Origin: Anaerolineales bacterium
GTDB taxonomy: Bacteria; Chloroflexota; Anaerolineae; Anaerolineales; Villigracilaceae
Direction of reading: 5' to 3'
Length of the DNA stretch: 59,489 bases
Assembly (NCBI GenBank): GCA_011389535.1
Contig: JAABUE010000001.1
Coordinates: 1 to 59,489, forward strand
Below, one piece after another: positions 31,842 through 41,175 of this stretch. A program made the position numbers and the translations under genes. Positions within the stretch are counted from its first letter, which is position 1, and each line of letters opens with the position of its first letter. The notes below the pieces were generated by a model, which made no database searches, had not been told where the DNA came from, and saw nothing but the letters and a program-made list of their open reading frames with translations.

Positions 31842-31913
31842 GTCACCCTGAGGCGCAGCCGAAGGATCTCCCTCGTGCAAGGGATGCTTCTTCGCTGCGC
31901 CCCTCAGCATGAC
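31842..31913. repeat. Palindromic intergenic element (GTCAC..CTGAGG / CCTCAG..ATGAC type)
   Basis: Inverted arms gtcaccctgaggcgcagccgaag / cttcgctgcgcccctcagcatgac flank the inner hairpin tccctcgtgcaaggga. Confidence 0.8.
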
Positions 31914-31914
31914 A

Positions 31915-32478
31915 CTACTTTACGTGCTCCGCCGCCAGGTGCGCCAGGATCTGCTCGACCGGCATGACCTGACCATAGGATTTAAGCACCGCCAAAAATG
32001 ACTTGTGGACATGCTCGGCCGGGATAGTCGTATCACCATAAGTCAGCGCGCGCGTGGCGCAGGCATCTTCGGCGACCATGAGCTTGAAGCCCAGGTCAAC
32101 GGCGGCGCGGGCGGTAGCATCCACGGACATGTGGGTCATCATGCCGGTGATGATCACGCGCTTGATCTCCCACTCTTTAAGCAAATCCAACAAATTTGTC
32201 TCGCGGAAGGAGTTGGGATAATGCTTCTGCACCAGCGGTTCGCCTTCATAGTGGGCAGTGATGTCGTTGATATCGGTGCCACGGTCGCCGGGGATGAAAA
32301 ATGCCGCGTCCGGCTGACGCGAGATATGCTGGACATGGACGGTCGGCATGCCATGGTCACGGAAGCATTGCAGCAATTCGTTGGCTTTTTTGGCTGCTTC
32401 GACCGTGCCCTCCAGTTCCATCTTGCCGCCGGGGAAATAATCGTTCTGAATGTCGATGAGTAAGAGCGCGGTTTTCAT
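31915..32478 (-). CDS. Isochorismatase-family cysteine hydrolase
   Basis: The start is placed at MKTALLLIDIQNDYF (32478) after caggagaaac. The family N-terminal motif is typical. The upstream 65 codons in the ORF track are probably not translated. Confidence 0.8.
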   Translation of the reverse strand: MKTALLLIDIQNDYFPGGKMELEGTVEAAKKANELLQCFRDHGMPTVHVQHISRQPDAAFFIPGDRGTDINDITAHYEGEPLVQKHYPNSFRETNLLDLLKEWEIKRVIITGMMTHMSVDATARAAVDLGFKLMVAEDACATRALTYGDTTIPAEHVHKSFLAVLKSYGQVMPVEQILAHLAAEHVK

Positions 32479-32703
32479 GAGTTTCTCCTGATCTCCATAG
32501 GTTATTTGTACCCGATTTTTTCTGTCATTGGAATGGTGTATTTCTATCCCGGTCGCGGAGAAAGTGTCCGAAAAATCATTCTCTTGCTTTGTCTGGACCG
32601 GACGGCACCCTGTAAGTCTTTCCGGCTGGTGCTGGATTCGATCATCCCGCCCAGCAATAAAAAATAAGCGCACATGTCCTTTATAATGCCTTAGGAAAAA
32701 ACC

Positions 32704-33846
32704 ATGTCACAAAACCTGCTCGAAGTCGCCAGGCTATTTCTTAAGTTGGGTTTTACCGCATTTGGTGGTCCTGCCGCGCACATTGCGATCATGCATGATG
32801 AAGTGGTCAAGCGGCGTAAATGGCTGAACGACCAGGAATTCCTCGATCTTTTAGGCGCTACAAATTTGATTCCGGGGCCGAACTCTACCGAGATGGCCAT
32901 TCATCTCGGCTACTTGCGGGCAGGCTGGCGCGGGTTGATCGTTGGAGGGATTTGTTTCATTCTGCCCGCAATGCTGCTCGTGACTGCTCTTGCCTGGCTG
33001 TATGTGGAACTCCGTTCCTTGCCGCAGGTCGAGTGGCTGCTTTATGGAATCAAACCGGTCGTCATTGCGATCATCGCGCAGGCGCTCTGGAACCTGGGGC
33101 GGAAAGCCGTTAAAAATACAATTGTCGCAGTGGTTGGACTGGCTGTGATTGTTCTGTATTTTTTCCAGATCAATGAGCTTTTTTTGTTGTTCGCCGGTGG
33201 GTTGTTCGTCATGCTGGCTGCGAACATCCAGCGGTTAAAGACCCAAGGGATAGGCGTCCTGTTCCTGCCAGGCGCAGCTGGATTTTCAGCACTGGCGCTC
33301 ACCGGTTTGGCTGCTGTGCCGTTCAGCCTGCCCGTATTGTTCCTGACATTTCTCAAGATCGGTTCGATCTTATATGGAAGCGGCTACGTGTTGCTGGCTT
33401 TCCTGCGCGCTGACCTGGTGGTCAATTTTGGCTGGCTGACAGAGGCACAGTTGATCGATGCGGTTGCCATCGGGCAGATCACACCCGGACCAGTGTTCAC
33501 CACGGCTACTTTCATCGGCTTTGTGCTGGGAGGTTTTCCAGGCGCGCTGCTGGCGACACTGGGCATATTTTTGCCCTCCTTTATTTTTGTTGCCATATCC
33601 AATCCACTGATCCCAAGGATTCGGAATTCGCCCTGGGTAAGCGGCCTGCTCGATGGCGTGAACGTTGCTTCGTTCGGTTTGATGGCCGCCGTCACCTGGC
33701 AGCTGGGCCAGGCCTCTCTGGTTGACCCGCTTACCATCCTAATTGCGCTGGCTTCATTAGGATTGCTGGTCCGCTTCAATATCAATACTACCTGGTTGAT
33801 CGTAGGGGGGGCAGTGATGGGTTTGTTGAAGGCTTTTATTGGATGA
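32704..33846 (+). CDS. chrA: Chromate transporter ChrA
   Basis: 380-aa polytopic protein with the FGGPAAHIAIMHDEVV...WL motif and duplicated CHR domains. Confidence 0.8.
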   Translation: MSQNLLEVARLFLKLGFTAFGGPAAHIAIMHDEVVKRRKWLNDQEFLDLLGATNLIPGPNSTEMAIHLGYLRAGWRGLIVGGICFILPAMLLVTALAWLYVELRSLPQVEWLLYGIKPVVIAIIAQALWNLGRKAVKNTIVAVVGLAVIVLYFFQINELFLLFAGGLFVMLAANIQRLKTQGIGVLFLPGAAGFSALALTGLAAVPFSLPVLFLTFLKIGSILYGSGYVLLAFLRADLVVNFGWLTEAQLIDAVAIGQITPGPVFTTATFIGFVLGGFPGALLATLGIFLPSFIFVAISNPLIPRIRNSPWVSGLLDGVNVASFGLMAAVTWQLGQASLVDPLTILIALASLGLLVRFNINTTWLIVGGAVMGLLKAFIG

Positions 33847-33858
33847 GATTAAGTCTTT

Positions 33859-34974
33859 TTAGCCTTTCATCCCAAACAATAAGCGCAAAAAAGCGACTCG
33901 CCGCACTACAAATTCATATGTAAGCATAATAATCGTAAATGAAACTGCCGCCAGCAACAGATATTTGGGGAAAACCGCCAATTGCCAATCCCTAATGAAG
34001 AAGCCGACCACTACGATCACCGTCTGGTGCAGGATGTAAAAGGGAAGCACGGCCTGGTTGGCGTATTTGAGGAAGCCATTACTGAAATTAAGATGGCGAC
34101 TGGCAAAGCCCAAAAAAGTCAGCAGCCAGGCCCAGGTGTTGAGTCCGCGGAAGGGAGCCAGGTAATATGAGTAGATGCTGATGTCCGCCATTTCGAGGAA
34201 ATAGCCGATCGCAAGCAGGAGCAGGCTCAGGGCCAGGGAAAAGAAGCGCAGGCGCTCGATCGCGGAGCGATAACGCTCAACCGTCGCCAGGATGTATCCC
34301 AGAAAAAAGATGACCAGGTAGGTAAACGGGCTCCAGCCGCCAAAGCTACGCATCCCGATCGTATCCGGCGAGAGTCCCACGATGAACTCCACCAGCATGA
34401 TCGGGATGAAGAACAGGTATACCATGAAGGACCGGGAAAAGAAGTCCGCCAGGCGTGCCGTGAATTCCTGTGCAGCACGGATGCGTTGGAACACAGGCAG
34501 CAAGAGCCACGAAAACAGGAACAGCATCAGCAGATACCACAGGTGCAGTCCCATCCAGGCGAAATTGCCGCCAAAGCCGTACCAGCCGTCGAAGTAACGC
34601 GGGATGAACTCCCAGAACGTGCCGTTGAACTGCCCGTGTGTGACCCGCTCGACGTAAACCTGTAACGGGATATGCGTGAAAATACCAAAAACGAGCGGAA
34701 TGAGCAAGCGGCTAACGCGCTCGCGCATAAATTCCTTCCCTGAACGGCGATTCAAGGCGAAGTAGGTCGCAATTGCCGAAAGGATGAAGAAAAGCGGCAT
34801 GATGAACTGGGCCAGCACGGCCACGTAAACAGTCATCCCGAAGTCGAGTTGGGTGTTCTTGACGTGCCAGTCTTCTTCATTAAAAAAGCGCGCATTGTGG
34901 AACGAGAAGATTAGCAGCATGCCGATCACCCGCAACCAGTCGATATCGTGGAAACGCTTCTTGGTCTCTAGCAT
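33859..34974 (-). CDS. Acyltransferase family 3 membrane protein
   Basis: The track ORF starts at a TTG; the ATG at 34974 (MLETKKRF) after caggag is preferred. The motif DWLRVIGMLLIFSFH and about 10 TM helices fit the family. Confidence 0.7.
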   Translation of the reverse strand: MLETKKRFHDIDWLRVIGMLLIFSFHNARFFNEEDWHVKNTQLDFGMTVYVAVLAQFIMPLFFILSAIATYFALNRRSGKEFMRERVSRLLIPLVFGIFTHIPLQVYVERVTHGQFNGTFWEFIPRYFDGWYGFGGNFAWMGLHLWYLLMLFLFSWLLLPVFQRIRAAQEFTARLADFFSRSFMVYLFFIPIMLVEFIVGLSPDTIGMRSFGGWSPFTYLVIFFLGYILATVERYRSAIERLRFFSLALSLLLLAIGYFLEMADISIYSYYLAPFRGLNTWAWLLTFLGFASRHLNFSNGFLKYANQAVLPFYILHQTVIVVVGFFIRDWQLAVFPKYLLLAAVSFTIIMLTYEFVVRRVAFLRLLFGMKG

Positions 34975-35042
34975 CGCAATCTCCTGAGACAATTAATAAG
35001 CTCACTACTGAGCGCACGATAAATATGGAGATTTCTAATCAG

Positions 35043-35072
35043 TCTCTGTGAACTCCGTGTTCTCCGTGGTGA
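35043..35072. repeat. Half copy of the CTCTGTG/CTCCGTG-type intergenic repeat
   Basis: tctctgtgaactccgtgttctccgtggtg matches the 3' arms of the elements at 36888-36913 and 52900-52925. Confidence 0.7.
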
Positions 35073-35097
35073 AATTCTTTTTGCTCCAGAATTAATC

Positions 35098-35715
35098 CTA
35101 TTTGCGCCCGAAATCAGCCGCAATCTCGCCCCAGGCCCGTGTATCCCATTTCAAGACCTTGAAGGACGGGTATCTTTTCAGCCCTTCTTCGGCGTTGGCA
35201 ATGAAATCGAACAATATTTTATTGGATGGCAGGCGTTCCAATTGGGTCCTGCATTTGCCCGCTTTGACCCAGGCTATCGCATTGGCAGAATCGGAGTAGA
35301 TTGGCCAGTCGAGTTTTTTGGTGAGCAACCAGTCCATCGCGAGGACGATCGCCAGAAACTCGCCTACGTTATTGGTGCCGTCAGCAAACGGCCCGGCGTG
35401 AAAAATTTGCTCGCTGGTTTCTGTCAGCACGCCCCGGTATTCGAGTGGACCCGGCGAGCCGGAGCAGGCTGCGTCCACGCAGATGGAGGGGATGATGGGC
35501 TTCGTCGGTGTAAACAGCCACTGCTGGCTCGTACCCGATTTTCCTTTGTAATTTTCGTAATCGCCGCGAAAGGCCGCTTCTGCCGCGGCGCGGTTTTCAA
35601 AAGATTTGTACTCTGCGCCTGCATATCCCTTAACTTGCGCTTCGCACTCCGCCCAGGATGTATAGATGCCAGGGTTTCGTCCCTTCCAGACAACGTAATA
35701 TTTTTGCTTAGCCAT
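35098..35715 (-). CDS. rnhA: Ribonuclease HI with an N-terminal hybrid-binding (caulimovirus-VI-like) domain
   Basis: 205 aa. The N-terminus KYYVVWKGRNPGIYTSWAECEAQVKGYAGAEYKSF is followed by an RNase H core (DAACSGSPG...NNVGEFLA...DS). Confidence 0.8.
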   Translation of the reverse strand: MAKQKYYVVWKGRNPGIYTSWAECEAQVKGYAGAEYKSFENRAAAEAAFRGDYENYKGKSGTSQQWLFTPTKPIIPSICVDAACSGSPGPLEYRGVLTETSEQIFHAGPFADGTNNVGEFLAIVLAMDWLLTKKLDWPIYSDSANAIAWVKAGKCRTQLERLPSNKILFDFIANAEEGLKRYPSFKVLKWDTRAWGEIAADFGRK

Positions 35716-35745
35716 ACGTCAATTTTAGCATTGACCTGATTAAAA

Positions 35746-35810
35746 CCGCAGAGAACACCGAGCGCGCGGAGATTTGATGATTTTCTCAGCGGTCTCAGCG
35801 ATCTCCGCGG
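35746..35810. repeat. Palindromic intergenic repeat (CCGC...GCGG variant)
   Basis: Imperfect inverted arms ccgcagagaacaccgagcgcgcggagat / tctcagcggtctcagcgatctccgcgg. Confidence 0.7.
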
Positions 35811-35828
35811 TTGAGATTAGTTTTTGCC

Positions 35829-35856
35829 TTGACAGAATTTGGATAATTTTTATAAT
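35829..35856 (+). promoter_or_regulatory. Consensus sigma-70 promoter upstream of the rhodanese gene
   Basis: TTGACA (35829-35834), 16-nt spacer, TATAAT (35851-35856). It implies a 5' UTR of about 110 nt. Confidence 0.55.
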
Positions 35857-35973
35857 AAAAATACAAATAATTACAGAATGCTGCGCAAATGTTCTCAGTA
35901 CAACTCTGAATTGTGAATACAATTTGTTTGCGTAGATTTCGGACTATATACAAGCAGCATTAAGGAGTAAGAG

Positions 35974-36816
35974 ATGAATACCTATTCCCACCCGGAATAC
36001 CTGGTTGAAACCGATTGGGTCGAAGAACACCTGGATGATCCCAACGTACGCGTCATAGAATCTGACGAAGATGCCCTGCTCTACGATATGAAACACATCC
36101 CCGGCGCGGTGCGCATCGACTGGTTCACCACCCTGCAGCATCCGGTGCGACGCGATTTCCTGACCAAAGAAGAGTTCGAAGATGTCTGCGAGCGAGCCGG
36201 CATCACCAACGATACGGCTCTTGTTTTTTACGGTGACAAATCCAACTGGTTCGCCTGTTACGCGCTGTGGATCTTTGAATATTACGGTCACAAAAATGTC
36301 AAGATCATGAACGGCGGGCGCGCCAAATGGGAGCAGGAAGGCAAACCGATGACCAGGGAAATCCTGACCTATACGCCAAGCGAGTACGTTGCCAGAGAGC
36401 CCGATAAATCCATCCGCGCTTTCCGCGAGCAAGTCTTCGCCCAGATTGAGTCCAAAAAGCCGTTGGTGGACGTGCGCTCTCCACAGGAATATAGCGGCGA
36501 ACTGATATCCATGCCCAACTACCCGCAGGAAGGAGCCCAGCGCGGCGGGCACATCCCCGGCGCGGTCAGCATCCCCTGGTCGAAGGCCGTCGACGAAGCG
36601 GACAGTACGTTCAAATCACCCGAGGAGTTGCGCTCATTATACGAAGAGAAGGGCATCACTCCCGACAAGGAAATCATCGCCTATTGCCGTATCGGCGAAC
36701 GCTCGTCCCTGACCTGGTTCGCGCTCAAGTACCTGCTGGGCTATCCCAACGTCAAGAACTACGACGGTTCCTGGACGGAATGGGGCAACCTGGTAGACGC
36801 GCCGATCGAGAAGTAG
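35974..36816 (+). CDS. Thiosulfate/3-mercaptopyruvate sulfurtransferase (tandem rhodanese domains)
   Basis: 280 aa with RBS aaggag. It has two rhodanese domains and the active-site loop CRIGERS. Confidence 0.85.
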   Translation: MNTYSHPEYLVETDWVEEHLDDPNVRVIESDEDALLYDMKHIPGAVRIDWFTTLQHPVRRDFLTKEEFEDVCERAGITNDTALVFYGDKSNWFACYALWIFEYYGHKNVKIMNGGRAKWEQEGKPMTREILTYTPSEYVAREPDKSIRAFREQVFAQIESKKPLVDVRSPQEYSGELISMPNYPQEGAQRGGHIPGAVSIPWSKAVDEADSTFKSPEELRSLYEEKGITPDKEIIAYCRIGERSSLTWFALKYLLGYPNVKNYDGSWTEWGNLVDAPIEK

Positions 36817-36836
36817 TCAGGGATGAAAAAAGATAA

Positions 36837-36913
36837 CCACGGAGCGCACGGAGTTCACAGAGAAATTCTCTGTGAATCCCAAAAAGGCTCTGTGCTCTCC
36901 GTGATCTCTGTGG
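36837..36913. repeat. Palindromic intergenic repeat (CCAC...GTGG type)
   Basis: Arms ccacggagcgcacggagttcacagag / ctctgtgctctccgtgatctctgtgg are separated by an A-rich loop. Similar elements lie at 52858-52925 and 57477-57540. Confidence 0.8.
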
Positions 36914-36923
36914 TAAGTAATCT

Positions 36924-37358
36924 ATGACCCTTCCAGAAAAATTACAAGAAATCGTAGAAGACTTCTCCTGGGCTTCGCGCGAGGAGAAGGTGGAAATGCT
37001 GATCCAGTACGCTGAGTCTCTGCCACCGCTGCCAGACTGGCTGCAGGACGAACGCGCCATAATGGAACCCGTCCCGGAGTGCATGACGCCCGTCTTCCTG
37101 TTCGCCGAAAAAGACGCCGACGGCGGCCTCCACTTTCACTTCGACATCCCGCCTCAATCCCCAACCGTGCAGGGACTGGCTGCCATCCTTGCAAACGGAT
37201 TGGATGGAGCCAGACCTGAAGAGATCCTGGCTGTCCCGGCCGATTTTTACAGGGATATGAAGCTGGAGGAGGCCATCAGCTACCAGCGATTGAACGGTTT
37301 CCAGGGCGTGCTGGCACATATGAAACAGGCTGCGGTCAGGTTGATACATGAGAAATGA
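36924..37358 (+). CDS. sufE: SufE-like cysteine desulfuration protein
   Basis: 144 aa with the conserved Cys context (PVPECMTPVFL) and C-terminal QRLNGFQGVLAHMK, typical of SufE/CsdE. Confidence 0.8.
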   Translation: MTLPEKLQEIVEDFSWASREEKVEMLIQYAESLPPLPDWLQDERAIMEPVPECMTPVFLFAEKDADGGLHFHFDIPPQSPTVQGLAAILANGLDGARPEEILAVPADFYRDMKLEEAISYQRLNGFQGVLAHMKQAAVRLIHEK

Positions 37359-37370
37359 AGGTTGAAAGAG

Positions 37371-37412
37371 TTAACATCCCCTTAACATATTAAATTTCTC
37401 TTATGGTATAGT
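37371..37412 (+). promoter_or_regulatory. Pho-box-like direct repeats plus -10 element upstream of the response regulator
   Basis: TTAACA at 37371 and again at 37382 (11-bp phasing), followed by TATAGT (37407-37412). No -35 hexamer. The ATG is at 37427. Confidence 0.5.
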
Positions 37413-37426
37413 TCGCAAAAGAAACT

Positions 37427-38134
37427 ATGCCCGAAACGATCCTGGTTGTCGAAGATGAACCCTCCCTGCAAGAGACCCTGGCCTATAACCTGAAAAAAGA
37501 AGGTTATACAGTGGAAGCGGTCGGTGATGGCATGGTCGCGCTCGAATCCGCCCGCCGGCTGAAACCCGACCTGATCGTGCTCGACCTGATGCTGCCCGGC
37601 ATCGACGGTTTCGAAGTCTGCCGCATCCTGCGCAAGGAGATGAACACGCCAGTTCTGATGCTCACTGCCCGCGACGACGAGATCGACCGCGTGGTTGGTC
37701 TGGAAGTGGGCGCGGACGATTACCTGACCAAACCTTTTTCCATGCGCGAGCTGATGGCGCGCGTCAAGGCGCAGTTGCGCCGCGCCCGGTTGATCCGCGA
37801 AGAACTGTGGAAACTAAGCGCCGAAACCCCGCAAGAAAAGATCAGCTTCGACAACCTGGTCATCAACCAGACCCGTCGTGAAGTCATCTTGAACGAAGGC
37901 CCGCTGAAACTCAAACCCAAAGAGTATGAATTGCTGCTATTCCTGGCCGAACATCGCGGGCAGATGCTCTCACGCGGGTTCATCCTGGAGCGCGTCTGGG
38001 GCTGGGATTATATCGGCGACAGCCGCACGGTGGATGTCCACGTGCGCTGGCTGCGGCAAAAGATCGAGGCAGACCCGGGAAAACCGGAACGCATCATCAC
38101 CGTTCGCGGTGGCGGTTACCGGTTTGAAGGGTAA
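37427..38134 (+). CDS. OmpR-family response regulator (PhoB/PhoP-like)
   Basis: 235 aa with a receiver domain ([14 protein letters not shown]) and a winged-helix output domain ([15 protein letters not shown]). It is adjacent to a PhoR-like kinase and the pst loci. Confidence 0.85.
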   Translation: MPETILVVEDEPSLQETLAYNLKKEGYTVEAVGDGMVALESARRLKPDLIVLDLMLPGIDGFEVCRILRKEMNTPVLMLTARDDEIDRVVGLEVGADDYLTKPFSMRELMARVKAQLRRARLIREELWKLSAETPQEKISFDNLVINQTRREVILNEGPLKLKPKEYELLLFLAEHRGQMLSRGFILERVWGWDYIGDSRTVDVHVRWLRQKIEADPGKPERIITVRGGGYRFEG

Positions 38135-38156
38135 AGATCCGGTGTAATTCTTATCC

Positions 38157-39443
38157 ATGGATTCCCTGCCCTATTTCCTGCTTTTGCTGCTCGTCGTTTC
38201 TTTGACAACCCTGGTATGGGTTGTTTTTCGTTACCGCGCATTAAGAAGTCAACTGCGCAAATATGAGCGCATCCTGCGCCAGTCGGCCAGTGGCGATACT
38301 CCGCTGCTTGCGTTGCCTTCCAACGTAAAAAGACTGGAAGAGCTTTCTACTATAGTCAAATCGATGGTCACTTCGCTAAGCACGCAGTTATCCAGTGTAG
38401 ATTCGAACCGGGCCCGCCTGGCCGCTATGCTCGATCAAATGACCGATGGGGTCTTGATCGCCAGTGAGGAGGGCCGGATCCAGTTTGCCAATCCGGCTGC
38501 CGAAAAACTTTTCGGCAGAGGGTTGGTCGAAAGGTCCGTCCCGGAAGTGCTGCGGAACCACCAATTGATCCAAGCCTGGCAACGCTGCCAGGAACTGGAT
38601 GAAATGCAGGTTGAAACCGCAGAGATCAAAGGCCGGCGTCACTTCCTGCAACTGATCGCCATCCCCGACCAGCATGCGCCAGGGGGAAGCTTGCTGGTTG
38701 TGCAAGATCTGACCCGCATCCGTCGGCTGGAAACCATCCGGCGAGACTTCATCAGCAACCTCTCGCACGAACTGCGCACCCCGCTGGCCTCGCTCAGAGC
38801 CCTGACGGAGACCTTACAGGACGGCGCTCTTGCAGACCCCGATGCTGCCCCCCGTTTCATCAGCCGCATCGCCACCGAAGTGGATGCCCTGGCCCAGATG
38901 GCGCAGGAGCTGCTCGACCTTTCTCGAATCGAATCGGGACAGGTAAGTCTTGAGCGCAAACCAGTCGCGCCCAAAAAACTGCTGGTATCCGCTGCCGAAC
39001 GGATGCGCCTGCAAGCTGAAAGGGCTGGTTTATCGCTACAGGTGGACTGCCCGCCGAACCTGCCCAACGTCAGTGCGGATGAGCCGCGCATCGAGCAGGT
39101 GCTGGTCAACCTGATCCACAATGCGGTCAAGTTCTCTCACCCGGGCGGGGAGGTGCTGCTTTCCGCGGACATCGTCACAGACTCGTTTACACCCTGGGAA
39201 ACGGAAGCAGTTGAGGGCGCCGTCCGATTCGCTGTGCATGATTCGGGGGTGGGCATCCCCGCGGATGACGTACCGCGCATTTTCGAGCGCTTTTACCGGG
39301 TCGATAAGTCCCGCGCAGGAGGCGGAACGGGGCTGGGACTCTCTATTTCAAGACACCTGGTCGAGTCGCATGGCGGTCAGATCTGGGCCGAGAGTCGCGA
39401 GGGGGAGGGCAGCACGTTCTATTTCACGCTTCAAAATGCCTAA
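38157..39443 (+). CDS. Sensor histidine kinase (PhoR-like, TM + PAS + HisKA + HATPase)
   Basis: 428 aa with an N-terminal TM helix, H-box SHELRTPL, N-box LIHNAVKF and G-boxes DSGVGI and GGTGLGLS. Confidence 0.85.
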   Translation: MDSLPYFLLLLLVVSLTTLVWVVFRYRALRSQLRKYERILRQSASGDTPLLALPSNVKRLEELSTIVKSMVTSLSTQLSSVDSNRARLAAMLDQMTDGVLIASEEGRIQFANPAAEKLFGRGLVERSVPEVLRNHQLIQAWQRCQELDEMQVETAEIKGRRHFLQLIAIPDQHAPGGSLLVVQDLTRIRRLETIRRDFISNLSHELRTPLASLRALTETLQDGALADPDAAPRFISRIATEVDALAQMAQELLDLSRIESGQVSLERKPVAPKKLLVSAAERMRLQAERAGLSLQVDCPPNLPNVSADEPRIEQVLVNLIHNAVKFSHPGGEVLLSADIVTDSFTPWETEAVEGAVRFAVHDSGVGIPADDVPRIFERFYRVDKSRAGGGTGLGLSISRHLVESHGGQIWAESREGEGSTFYFTLQNA

Positions 39444-39531
39444 CAAAATTGTTTACTGGTTGTTAACCAGCTCTTAAGTCAGACATCATACGAAGGTGCT
39501 ATGATGGGGGTGTGTTCCAGGAGTAACTTCT

Positions 39532-39648
39532 ATGAGCCTCTTCCTTTTGATCACAATCGTCGCTTTGCTAGCAGTCTTCAGCGTGGACGTGAAGCAGAAG
39601 AGACGTGAGTATTTGAAGCAAGAAAAAACGCAAAGTAAGAACACTTAA
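39532..39648 (+). CDS. Candidate 38-aa membrane peptide (below the ORF-track size cutoff)
   Basis: AGGAG lies 9 nt upstream of the ATG. The peptide MSLFLLITIVALLAVFSVDVKQKRREYLKQEKTQSKNT has one TM helix and a basic tail. Confidence 0.3.
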   Translation: MSLFLLITIVALLAVFSVDVKQKRREYLKQEKTQSKNT

Positions 39649-40080
39649 GGAAATTTTCTTAGTAACTTATTTGTATACTAACCGTCTTGGTAATGAAAAC
39701 GAATATCATTGATGCCTAAAACATAACAAAAAGTTTCAATGGCGTTCATAGATCGAGTTTTTTGCCAAGCATTGCCGAATATGAGAAAGCTTTGGTTCAT
39801 TAAAATGGCTTGACCGTTCATTACGCTTTGAATGATCAAAGCATTCGGTCATTCTGCTCACAATGTCCTCATTCGCAGGCAAAATGACTTCGGAATAGTA
39901 ACAGTTGTCTTGAAAATATATGTCAAAAACAACGTGCGATTACCGAACGCTCTCTGTATACTTGTAGTACTGAACGCGATCCATCTCTGCTAAAACTACT
40001 AACGCCTGATCCGTTTAATGGGAAACGCTCAGGAAAAGACAGGGCATTCGCAAAATAACATCGCAAATAGGAGCTTCAGT

Positions 40081-40290
40081 ATGTGGCAGATCTTGTTAGG
40101 CATCTACATTATCTTTGGTGTACTGGGCGTCATAGTACTTTGGTCTTCCCTCGTGGTTGCGAAAAGATCTGATCGTGGCCCCGAAAGAAGTTCTCAGCCA
40201 ATGGCGGATTTAACTATGTGCGAAAAGAGTAGCTTTATTGACAATGAAATCTTCGAGTTACCGACACCGAGCCACCTTAGCGAAAGATAG
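40081..40290 (+). CDS. Hypothetical small membrane protein
   Basis: The start is placed at MWQILLG after aataggag. It has a single TM helix and lies in an AT-rich island. Confidence 0.35.
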   Translation: MWQILLGIYIIFGVLGVIVLWSSLVVAKRSDRGPERSSQPMADLTMCEKSSFIDNEIFELPTPSHLSER

Positions 40291-40319
40291 ACAAGCTGCA
40301 ACTCCCCTTTAAAATAAAT

Positions 40320-40357
40320 AAGAAGGCTCGGTTGCATGCCGAGCCTTCTTATTTATT
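40320..40357. terminator. Bidirectional intrinsic terminator
   Basis: A 12-bp stem (aagaaggctcgg / ccgagccttctt) with a 7-nt loop, flanked by aaaataaat and atttatt. It sits between convergent genes ending at 40290 (+) and 40370 (-). Confidence 0.75.
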
Positions 40358-40369
40358 GTTTATATGGGA

Positions 40370-41131
40370 TTACCCCATACGCCCGGTGATATAAGATTCG
40401 GTTAAATCCTGCTTCGGGCGTGTGAATATTTCATCAGTGGACGAAAACTCCACCAATTCTCCCAACCAAAATAAACCGGTCATATCAGAAATGCGCGCCG
40501 CCTGTTGCATATTATGGGTCACAATGGCAACTGTGTAATCCTTTTTCAGGTCCGCGATCAATTCCTCGACCTGTAACGTTGCAATCGGGTCAAGTGCAGA
40601 GGTGGACTCATCCATCAAGATCACTTCAGGTTGCACCGCAACAACGCGCGCGATGCACAGGCGTTGTTGCTGGCCAAGCGATAGCCCCAGCGCGTTTTCG
40701 CTCAAGATATCTTTAACCTCGTCCCATAACGCGGCCTGTCGCAGGCTGCGTTCAACGGTTTCCTCCAGGTTGGACCTGCTGCCGGCTGACCCCAGAACAC
40801 GCGGCGCGAAAGCCACATTGTCAAAAATCGACTGTGGGAACGGGTTTGGCTTTTGGAACACCATCCCAACCCGCTGGCGCAATACAACAACATCCATACC
40901 CTCGGCATAAATATCCTTGCCGCTGAGGCTGATTTTCCCCACCACGCGTGTCCCTTCGATCGTATCGTTCATCCGGTTGAGACAGCGTAAAAACGTCGAT
41001 TTCCCGCAGCCCGAGGGTCCAATCAAGGCTGTTACCTGGTGGGGCATGATATCCAGGCTGATATCCTTGAGCGCCTTAAAGGATCCATAATAGAAATCCA
41101 GATCTTTGACTGAGAAAACAGGATCGGTCAT
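40370..41131 (-). CDS. pstB: Phosphate ABC transporter ATP-binding protein PstB (canonical, divergently transcribed)
   Basis: 253 aa with [10 protein letters not shown]-loop [21 protein letters not shown] and the VTHNMQQA H-loop. Confidence 0.9.
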   Translation of the reverse strand: MTDPVFSVKDLDFYYGSFKALKDISLDIMPHQVTALIGPSGCGKSTFLRCLNRMNDTIEGTRVVGKISLSGKDIYAEGMDVVVLRQRVGMVFQKPNPFPQSIFDNVAFAPRVLGSAGSRSNLEETVERSLRQAALWDEVKDILSENALGLSLGQQQRLCIARVVAVQPEVILMDESTSALDPIATLQVEELIADLKKDYTVAIVTHNMQQAARISDMTGLFWLGELVEFSSTDEIFTRPKQDLTESYITGRMG

Positions 41132-41175
41132 ACTTTGATTTTATCATTATTGGAGATGAGATATAATTCGGGGCG

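Noticed and set aside
35944-36552. 202-aa minus-strand ORF.
   Set aside because: It is antisense to the rhodanese gene, which has a consensus promoter, an RBS and an active-site motif.
39650-40020. Degraded HTH or toxin-antitoxin gene on the minus strand of the AT-rich island.
   Set aside because: Only 38-40-codon fragments in different frames are present, with no convincing motif. This cannot be supported without a homology search.
41132-41175. Pho boxes or a defined promoter in the pstB/pstS1 divergent region.
   Set aside because: A TATAAT is present (41162-41167). However, there are no TTAACA-type repeats and no -35 at acceptable spacing, so the region is left unannotated.
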